64,000 nucleotides of DNA, from the IMG/VR virus record IMGVR_UViG_3300028394_000053, positions 1-64,000 of that record; one strand, written 5' to 3'. Source of the stretch: a virus. Position 1 is the stretch's first letter, and each line of letters opens with the position of its first letter. The position numbers were made by a program, and so were the translations under genes. Below the pieces are notes generated by a model. It was not told the origin of the DNA. It did not search any database and was given only the letters and a program-made list of their open reading frames with translations. Below are positions 40,106 to 46,924 of the stretch, in pieces.

Positions 40106-41869
40106 ATGATACAAATAAAAAATCTCACAGTACGAAACTTCATGAGCGTGGGTGCTGCCACACAAGGCATTGACTTTGATCGACGCGACTTGACCCTGGT
40201 GCTGGGTGAAAACCTAGACCTTGGTGGCGACGGATCTAGAAATGGTACAGGCAAGACCACGATCATCAATGCTCTTAGCTACAGCCTATACGGACAAGCA
40301 CTCAGCAACATAAGAAAAGACAATCTAGTAAACAAGACCAATGGCAAGAACATGCTGGTCAGTTTGGATTTTGTTGTGGGTTCGCAACAGTACAGGATCG
40401 AACGTGGTCGTAAACCCAATGTGTTGCGATTCTTTGTGAACAACCAAGAACAGGCCGCCACAGACAATGCGCAAGGTGATAGTAGAGAAACACAGGAAGC
40501 CATAGAACAGACCTTGGGCCTTAGTCACGACATGTTCAAGCATATCTTGGCATTAAATACCTACACTGAACCGTTCTTGAGTTTAAAGGCCAATGATCAA
40601 AGAACCATCATCGAACAGCTACTAGGCATCACCATGCTGAGTGAACGTGCGGATAGGATCAAGGAACTGAACCGACAGACCAAAGACGCAATCACACAAG
40701 AAGAATTCCGTATCCGTGCTGTGCAGGATGCCAACGGGCGCATCGAAGAACAGATCACGGCCTTGAAGCGTAGACAGACCTTATGGACGACCAAACATGC
40801 AGAAGATATACAGGAACTTGAGAAGGCCCTTGCGGCGTTACAAGAAATTGACATTGACTCCGAGATCGCGGCCCACAAGGAACACAAGACGTGGGACCAA
40901 AAACGCAAGGACATCAATGAACTGGCTGGCCAGATTAGCCGAACAAAACTTGACATTGGTCGCGAAGAGAAGTCGATTTCCAAACTATCCAAAGAAATCC
41001 AAACGCTTGAAAACCATGAATGTCACACGTGCGGACAGGCCTTCCACGACACTAAGCACCAACAAGTTTTGGCGGCAAAGCAGACGGATCTGGATTCAGC
41101 AAGAGCGGCGTGCCAAGAATATACACAGCTCTTATCAGAACTTGAGACTGCCCACACCTCCCTGGGCGTGTTAGGTAAACCACCCCGGATGTTCTACGAT
41201 CATGAAGAGGATGCTATCAAACATCGTAGCACACTCAGCAATTTGCAACAACAGATAGACAGCAAGCGAGTTGAAGCTGATCCGTATTCAGAACAGATTG
41301 AAGAAATGGCCGCACAGGCCTTACAGACTGTGACCTACGACGCCTTAAATGATCTTACTCGACTACAAGAACATCAAGACTTCTTGCTCAAGCTACTGAC
41401 CAGCAAGGACAGTTTTATCCGTAAGAAGATCATTGAACAGAATCTTGGCTATCTCAATGCCAGACTCACCTACTACCTGGACCGTATTGGCCTGCCACAT
41501 ACAGTGGTGTTCCAGAATGATCTCACTGTTTCAATCGAAGAGCTGGGTCGTGAGCTGGACTTTGACAATCTCAGCCGAGGTGAGCGCAACAGATTGATAC
41601 TCAGCATGAGCTGGGCCTTCCGTGATGTGTTTGAAAGTCTATATCAACCGATCAATGTGTTGTTCATTGATGAAATGATTGATAGTGGTCTGGATACACA
41701 AGGTGTGGAAAGCAGCCTGGCCTTGCTCAAGCAGATGAGTCGCGAGCGCCACAAGAGTATCTGGCTCGTGAGTCACAGAGATGAGCTGGCTGGACGTGTG
41801 GAGAATATCCTGCGTGTGGTAAAAGAAAAAGGCTACACTAGCTACAGCACGGATGTAGATATTGCATGA
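40106..41869 (+). CDS. gp46: Recombination ATPase subunit, gp46/Rad50/SbcC-like
   Basis: Walker A NGTGKTT, coiled coil with CHTC zinc hook, signature LSRGE, Walker B LFIDE, SH switch. Confidence 0.93.
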   Translation: MIQIKNLTVRNFMSVGAATQGIDFDRRDLTLVLGENLDLGGDGSRNGTGKTTIINALSYSLYGQALSNIRKDNLVNKTNGKNMLVSLDFVVGSQQYRIERGRKPNVLRFFVNNQEQAATDNAQGDSRETQEAIEQTLGLSHDMFKHILALNTYTEPFLSLKANDQRTIIEQLLGITMLSERADRIKELNRQTKDAITQEEFRIRAVQDANGRIEEQITALKRRQTLWTTKHAEDIQELEKALAALQEIDIDSEIAAHKEHKTWDQKRKDINELAGQISRTKLDIGREEKSISKLSKEIQTLENHECHTCGQAFHDTKHQQVLAAKQTDLDSARAACQEYTQLLSELETAHTSLGVLGKPPRMFYDHEEDAIKHRSTLSNLQQQIDSKRVEADPYSEQIEEMAAQALQTVTYDALNDLTRLQEHQDFLLKLLTSKDSFIRKKIIEQNLGYLNARLTYYLDRIGLPHTVVFQNDLTVSIEELGRELDFDNLSRGERNRLILSMSWAFRDVFESLYQPINVLFIDEMIDSGLDTQGVESSLALLKQMSRERHKSIWLVSHRDELAGRVENILRVVKEKGYTSYSTDVDIA

Positions 41870-42336
41870 TTACTTGGGTAAGACATCTTCCAGTTGTGCC
41901 GTGCAAGAGCCTATGGCGACTACAGAATCCGGGCACTCTTCCACATCAGGAGTTAATTACAAATTTCTGCAGAGAAAATTCAATCCAAGATTGTTTTATC
42001 ACTTCTGTAGTTCCTGACAGCACTCACGACGTGATTTCTTTAATAATTAACCATCTTGAGTTTGTTTCAATACAACATATAGATTGGATGCTAGAACAGT
42101 GTTTGCCCAAAGCAAGAAAATTTTTACACCTTGCTATAAATAAATTTTTAGTATACACCGAATACAATCAAGAATTATATGTTGATCAACCCGATTTAGA
42201 TTTAAAATTAATCCAGCATTGGTCTGCTCACATTAATCGGGCTCCGTCAATTCAACAATATCAAAGCGATGACTGTGGCATGTCTGGAAATTTTATATAT
42301 CCAGTTACTCAAGTAATTTGGCCAATCAATGACTAA
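41866..42336 (+). CDS. Hypothetical protein (AT-rich accessory gene)
   Basis: 156-aa ORF with ATGA coupling to gp46. Confidence 0.55.
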   Translation: MITWVRHLPVVPCKSLWRLQNPGTLPHQELITNFCRENSIQDCFITSVVPDSTHDVISLIINHLEFVSIQHIDWMLEQCLPKARKFLHLAINKFLVYTEYNQELYVDQPDLDLKLIQHWSAHINRAPSIQQYQSDDCGMSGNFIYPVTQVIWPIND

Positions 42337-42835
42337 AGCACAAGTACGAATATTGAAATCTCATTATGGGCCAAGATGGCATCTATATAGGTACAATTCT
42401 AAGAACAACAACAAAAAATTACTTCTAGAAGAAAAATTTATAATAAACAATACATTGCCAGGACCTGTGTTCGCTCATAAATGTCTAGGAGAAATTTATC
42501 AAGGCATACTAGACGTACATACCCAGTATTATGCACCAGTGCCCACAGTATTATTAATCAATAATGTTGAATTCAAATATAAAACCATTGATGAGTTGAT
42601 AACAATGATTGCAGATTATAAAAAATATCTTGTGCCCAATGGAAGAATAATAGTAACTTTTAGTCTTTCGTGTATAAAATACGATAGACTTAATATATCT
42701 GTGGATTCATTATGTGATTGGGCAATCAATTTGTTTAAAAAACAACAACTTGCTTGCCATAAACATTACGTTAATATTAAAAATTCCACTCATGGAATAG
42801 GACAGATATTTTTAAGTTTGGATTATCATGTCTGA
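42329..42835 (+). CDS. Hypothetical protein, possibly with a degenerate SAM-methyltransferase-like fold
   Basis: YKKYLVPNGRIIVTF resembles the LxPGGxh strand of class I methyltransferases, but no clear GxGxG motif. Confidence 0.35.
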   Translation: MTKAQVRILKSHYGPRWHLYRYNSKNNNKKLLLEEKFIINNTLPGPVFAHKCLGEIYQGILDVHTQYYAPVPTVLLINNVEFKYKTIDELITMIADYKKYLVPNGRIIVTFSLSCIKYDRLNISVDSLCDWAINLFKKQQLACHKHYVNIKNSTHGIGQIFLSLDYHV

Positions 42836-43691
42836 TCTATATTGTATGTTTTGGATTCCAGGGAGTTGCGGCGATATTATTCAACAACTACTAGGAAAAT
42901 CTGGTCAATTTGAAAATCAATACGATGGTGCAATTTTAGATACTGGTCGGGCATTGCAGAGCGTTGATCCACGATTAAAGAACTTATTTCCAAGCAATAT
43001 TGTTACGTGGACCCCAAAGAATACTAACAGATGGTATGGCAGAACATGGAACGACTCTGACATATTAAAATTAAAAGAGTTAGCAGCAGAAAGTAGTCAA
43101 TCGTGGATTATCGGTACGCACAGACTTGATCAATTGTTTTTTTTAAAAAAATCCTTAGATATAGTGTCTATTGGCATTACATATGATCTAGAATTATACC
43201 CAGCTGTGATTAAAAACTGGTGCAGAAAATCAGCTGTTGGATGTACTGTAACTCAGGAAATATATAAAAATTCTAAAATAGCACAAAAATTTCAAGAAAA
43301 GAACTTGTTTGGAGAATTTATGCTTAAAGAAATTCTCAATCATATTACTGATAGACCAAAAAAAATTGACAATAATTTTGACATTAATATTTCATTAGGA
43401 GATATCTATAATAGAAATTTATCATCTATAGATAGGTGGGTTACAGACGCTGGACTAGATATGTTTGACCGATGGTTATTGCTTCAAGATCCGCTGTATA
43501 GATTTAAGTATACCAATCATCAATCCTACATAGATATACTTGGCTACAACACACATGCAACAACTGTACTAGATGCCCCTATCAAACTGTCGACATTAGA
43601 CCAAATTTTGATATCTCATTATTGCAAGGATGCCCCGTCTACCATAAACACAAACATAGATTTTGTAAATTTTTTAAATGGCCAAGGATGA
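42828..43691 (+). CDS. Hypothetical protein with a possible sulfotransferase/P-loop-like N-terminus
   Basis: N-terminal strand-loop-helix MFWIPGSCGDIIQQLL, similar to IAFYPGAGGNRY in 1692-3629. Confidence 0.35.
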   Translation: MSDLYCMFWIPGSCGDIIQQLLGKSGQFENQYDGAILDTGRALQSVDPRLKNLFPSNIVTWTPKNTNRWYGRTWNDSDILKLKELAAESSQSWIIGTHRLDQLFFLKKSLDIVSIGITYDLELYPAVIKNWCRKSAVGCTVTQEIYKNSKIAQKFQEKNLFGEFMLKEILNHITDRPKKIDNNFDINISLGDIYNRNLSSIDRWVTDAGLDMFDRWLLLQDPLYRFKYTNHQSYIDILGYNTHATTVLDAPIKLSTLDQILISHYCKDAPSTINTNIDFVNFLNGQG

Positions 43692-43707
43692 TGATAACTA
43701 CTAGTCC

Positions 43708-44136
43708 ATGGTATGGCTTTACGAAAACAAAACAATCGAACAACTGCCCGAAGACTGTGTGGGGTTTGTATACCTGATCACAAACAACACCACCGGTAGG
43801 AAGTATATCGGTAAGAAACTAGCAAAATTTAGTAAGACAACGTACAGAGTAGTGAAATTAAAAAACGGCAACAAAAAACGTAAAAAAATCAGAAGCAAAA
43901 TAGAATCAGACTGGCAGCTATACTATGGAAGCAACACCGAACTCAACCAAGACATTGAACGCTTAGGCGCAGACAACTTCACAAGAGAAATATTATTTTA
44001 TTGCAACTCAAAAGCCGCTTGCAGTTATATCGAAGCTAGGGAACAATTTAATCATAGAGTACTAGAGTCAGATGACTACTACAATGGACAGATAGTGTGT
44101 CGCATTCACGGTAGTCATATAAAAAACAAAATTTAA
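43708..44136 (+). CDS. Small stand-alone GIY-YIG family nuclease-like protein
   Basis: GFVYLITN..KYIGKK (GIY-YIG variant), basic insert, SDWQLYYGS, candidate catalytic Glu in YIEAREQF, YYN. Confidence 0.75.
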   Translation: MVWLYENKTIEQLPEDCVGFVYLITNNTTGRKYIGKKLAKFSKTTYRVVKLKNGNKKRKKIRSKIESDWQLYYGSNTELNQDIERLGADNFTREILFYCNSKAACSYIEAREQFNHRVLESDDYYNGQIVCRIHGSHIKNKI

Positions 44137-44152
44137 ACTAGACAGGCAACAA

Positions 44153-44521
44153 AACTGACTGTGTTTGATCGAGGTAGCTCGATCCCCGTTGAGGGCTGGT
44201 GCAATACCCAGCTCAGATAGAATGGACTCAGGTTCACTCGGGTGTCAAAGGCAAATGCTAACTTAAGGCAACAAATGGTTTGGGCTCCGTTGAAAAAGAT
44301 ACGACCCATGCTCGTAGGACTTGGATTTATTCTCGGGTCACTAGGGTTCCGTTGATATGTGAAGCGTGAGTAGGGGGTACCGGTCAACCGCCTCCGTGTG
44401 GAAACACAATCTTGCAAGAATAAATGACAGCTACACTCAGATAATGTACCAGTCATGTTCACCGTTCATACGGTGAATTGTGACCGCGTGATCTAGATAA
44501 TGCACTTAAAAACAGTCAATT
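44153..44521 (+). ncRNA. Candidate ~370-nt structured non-coding element of unrecognised family
   Basis: No credible CDS. 5'/3' closing stem TGACTGT/ACAGTCA, several internal hairpins including a GGAA tetraloop, and a 9-bp long-range complement. Confidence 0.55.
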
Positions 44522-44528
44522 AAAAAAA

Positions 44529-44570
44529 TGTTTCTGAGCTTTAGCGAAAGAAACAGATCTCTAAGAGATC
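44529..44570. terminator. Tandem hairpins between convergent transcription units
   Basis: TGTTTCT..GCT-TT-AGC..AGAAACA followed by GATCTC-TAA-GAGATC; the A-run at 44522-44528 gives a U-tail on the minus strand. Confidence 0.5.
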
Positions 44571-44906
44571 TTACAAGTTGGTATCGGGCCAGTCGCGAAA
44601 CAAGGCGTGCTGGATGTCTCCAGCAACAAACTGATTGAAGCTTTTGTGCTTGACTTCAAGATCGCCTTCCAGTGGAGCCACACGTTTAAACGCACGATCC
44701 ATTTGACCCATGTCTGTGAACTCCATGATAATCATCCATTCCGGCATATCTGCTATAGACCTAAACCCCATTTTACATCTAGTGATTCTGTACGTCTCCA
44801 TCTTGCCTTCGGCAATCAAATGATCAAAGAAACTTTTCATTCCGTTTACCCAGTCTAGATCTGAAATGTCACCTTCTTTGTTTGCCCAAATTGTATATAA
44901 ATCCAT
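44571..44906 (-). CDS. Hypothetical protein, possible dimeric alpha-beta barrel (ferredoxin-like) fold
   Basis: 111 aa; YTIWAN..YRITRCKMGFRS..EWMIIMEFTDMGQMDRAF pattern. Confidence 0.45.
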   Translation of the reverse strand: MDLYTIWANKEGDISDLDWVNGMKSFFDHLIAEGKMETYRITRCKMGFRSIADMPEWMIIMEFTDMGQMDRAFKRVAPLEGDLEVKHKSFNQFVAGDIQHALFRDWPDTNL

Positions 44907-44908
44907 AG

Positions 44909-45343
44909 TTACTCCATTGGTCCCAGTAGTTCAAAGCCGTCAAAGCCTTGTTTGTACAGGTGTGCTTGATCTAGATAGAGATAATGAAATCCTCGTTCTC
45001 GATAGATAGCACATTCTGTTTTTAAACTTTCTATGCCCAGTCGGGTCTTGGGATTGTGATAGGTCCAAGCAAACTGCGCACACAAAGCATTGTGGCTGTC
45101 GTAGCGTTTGATCATGCTCCACGCTACCAGCCGTCCTTGATCGCGATAACCGATAAGGTCAGTATCCGGATCAAGATACTGACTATCAAAAATTGGAATT
45201 ACACTGCCAAAATGTTTGTAGATACAGTAGGTCCTGTAGATGTCGTTGAGAACGGCTATGTCGGGATCGGTGATATAGTACCAATCTACTGTGGGCGTGT
45301 AATGGGTTTTTTCCAAATTGATTCTGGCATGTTGATAAGTCAT
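44909..45343 (-). CDS. Arginyl-tRNA-protein transferase C-terminal-like (GNAT-fold) protein
   Basis: DIYRTYC..YRDQGRLVAWS..FAWTYHNPKTRLGIESLKTECAIYRERGFHYLYL..YKQGF parallels the ATE1/Bpt C-terminal pattern (SLG..E..YYYLGY..YK..F). Confidence 0.55.
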   Translation of the reverse strand: MTYQHARINLEKTHYTPTVDWYYITDPDIAVLNDIYRTYCIYKHFGSVIPIFDSQYLDPDTDLIGYRDQGRLVAWSMIKRYDSHNALCAQFAWTYHNPKTRLGIESLKTECAIYRERGFHYLYLDQAHLYKQGFDGFELLGPME

Positions 45344-45843
45344 GGTCTGGGATCTTTTCTGTGTTGGAATAATTCTTTCAGGTATGCGTCTGGCCAGGTA
45401 TTGTAAAATCCTTTGCGACCCATGGCGGCGGCCTTTTGATCTAGGTCCGGCAACGACTGTACTAGAACTAGAGCATAAGTGCCTTGATTCATGACAACTC
45501 CGTTTACTGTTTCTGGCAAAGCAGGATGATCCAACAAGGCTATTAGATTGTAAGGAACCATGTAATGACGATTGGCCAAGTCAACTGCCTGCACAAACTT
45601 TTCAGGATCCACCGTGTTGGCATTGTACACATACACAAGCACTTGCCACGGATCAATACCTTGCCAACTAAGTGGAGCCAAGTCCCAATAGGCATCTTGC
45701 CCCAGTCTGACCTCGTAGGCATTGTCCAGTCTAGCACGTCTAGCATATGGGCACGGACTCCAGCCACCTAGGGCAGGATTTGGAACTTCTAAAAATTCTT
45801 CGATCCAGCAATTGATATCCGTTTTGACTTGTTCTATATCCAT
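45340..45843 (-). CDS. Hypothetical protein, DUF1415/DUF6875-like
   Basis: WIEEFLEVPNPALGGWSPCPYAR and LLDHP motifs. Confidence 0.45.
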   Translation of the reverse strand: MDIEQVKTDINCWIEEFLEVPNPALGGWSPCPYARRARLDNAYEVRLGQDAYWDLAPLSWQGIDPWQVLVYVYNANTVDPEKFVQAVDLANRHYMVPYNLIALLDHPALPETVNGVVMNQGTYALVLVQSLPDLDQKAAAMGRKGFYNTWPDAYLKELFQHRKDPRP

Positions 45844-45844
45844 G

Positions 45845-46081
45845 TTAAAAAAACGGGAGGCCCGACTTCTTGGTTGTTTCTAAATTTTCTTTGATAAGAC
45901 CGTTTATTAACTTGCGTTCACCTACACTGAGTTGTAGCGCATGGTCGTAACTGATACCACCGCGCATGTACCAACTCATCCGCAACGCCTCTTGTCTAAT
46001 TTCATTACACTCATGATCCATTTGGTCAACAATTTTGTTGATTTGTTCAGAGTCAGAAATTAGGAGGCGGGATCGAAAAAA
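45845..46081 (-). CDS. gp51-like hub assembly protein, probably translated as a -1 frameshift extension of 46060-46899
   Basis: LRMSWYMRGGISYDHALQLSVGERKLI helical motif. No SD before the internal ATG, and the frame is open through the slippery heptamer. Confidence 0.55.
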   Translation of the reverse strand, partial: FFRSRLLISDSEQINKIVDQMDHECNEIRQEALRMSWYMRGGISYDHALQLSVGERKLINGLIKENLETTKKSGLPFF

Positions 46082-46899
46082 CTGGACATGTCTAAGGTTA
46101 TTTGCTGTTCGTATTCGTGGGCACATTCATCACACGCTATATGTAACGGTTTCATTTCAGCTATATTTTTTAATTCAATAATGTAGTCTCTTACCTGATT
46201 GAACAGGTTACGATCACAGTTGTTCAGCATTTCTTCAATGAATTCTGGCTCACTTACCATGGCAGTTGGAGTCCGTACCATGGCAACACTTTGGGCCAAG
46301 GCTTTTATAGTGATCTCGGTAATTTTTTTCAATGACGCCCCTAGTGCTGACATTTTATCTGCTTCTACCATTTCGGTATTTGGTAACAGTTGTAAAAGTT
46401 TTTGATTTTCGTATTGTAATTGGCTATTATTAGTCAGTTGCTGATAGTTCATTGGACGAAAGAAAATCTCCATATCTCCAGACTTGATACTTTTTGTATA
46501 ATCCGGAGCCTTTAATCCATCCATGACTAACCGCAGATCGATTGCACGATCACTTTCGGCTTGGCATTTTGGACACTGTGTTACAAATTCCATTTCATGT
46601 CCGTAGCTGGCAATTCGTATGGCCACCAACACAGTATCCATATCCAGTGCTGGCATTTGCCATGCATCTTTGATGTTTGGCACACAGCTTTGTATCACAT
46701 TTATAGTGGCCTGCCCGTTGAACATGGCATCTGGAGTACGATAGGTAATTTCGTCAATGGCAGTCATTGGATACACAGGATAATCGCCTGTGGGTGTGGG
46801 AATCAGCGCACCAGTGGGATAAAATTGTCCATTGCTGGGCAACTTGATGTAAATTGCTGGCTGTCTAAAATATTGTCGGAGCGGGTTGTTTGGGTTCAT
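46060..46899 (-). CDS. gp26: Baseplate hub/tail assembly chaperone, T4 gp26-like
   Basis: IKLPSNGQFY, PMTAIDEI, LVAIRIASYG, Zn-finger pairs CPKC and CDEC; SD GAGG. Confidence 0.7.
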   Translation of the reverse strand: MNPNNPLRQYFRQPAIYIKLPSNGQFYPTGALIPTPTGDYPVYPMTAIDEITYRTPDAMFNGQATINVIQSCVPNIKDAWQMPALDMDTVLVAIRIASYGHEMEFVTQCPKCQAESDRAIDLRLVMDGLKAPDYTKSIKSGDMEIFFRPMNYQQLTNNSQLQYENQKLLQLLPNTEMVEADKMSALGASLKKITEITIKALAQSVAMVRTPTAMVSEPEFIEEMLNNCDRNLFNQVRDYIIELKNIAEMKPLHIACDECAHEYEQQITLDMSSFFDPAS

Positions 46900-46910
46900 T
46901 TTTTTCCTCG

Positions 46911-46924
46911 GTAAATATAGTTAT
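46911..46924. promoter_or_regulatory. Back-to-back late-promoter-like boxes in a 23-bp divergent gap
   Basis: GTAAATA on + (46911-46917) and ATAACTA on - (46918-46924). Confidence 0.5.

Noticed and set aside
44133-44462. 109-aa minus-strand ORF over the structured element
   Set aside because: No SD or promoter, atypical composition and no motifs; better explained as a chance frame antisense to a structured element.
44533-44555. Hammerhead ribozyme (CTGA...GAAA)
   Set aside because: The core lacks the NGA of CUGANGA, and no stem I/III with a UH cleavage site can be formed.
44137-44570. Group I/II intron, RNase P, tmRNA or tRNA cluster
   Set aside because: No recognisable P7 R/S elements, domain V, GAGGAAAGUCC, or T-loop/CCA cloverleaf; the flanking genes are intact.
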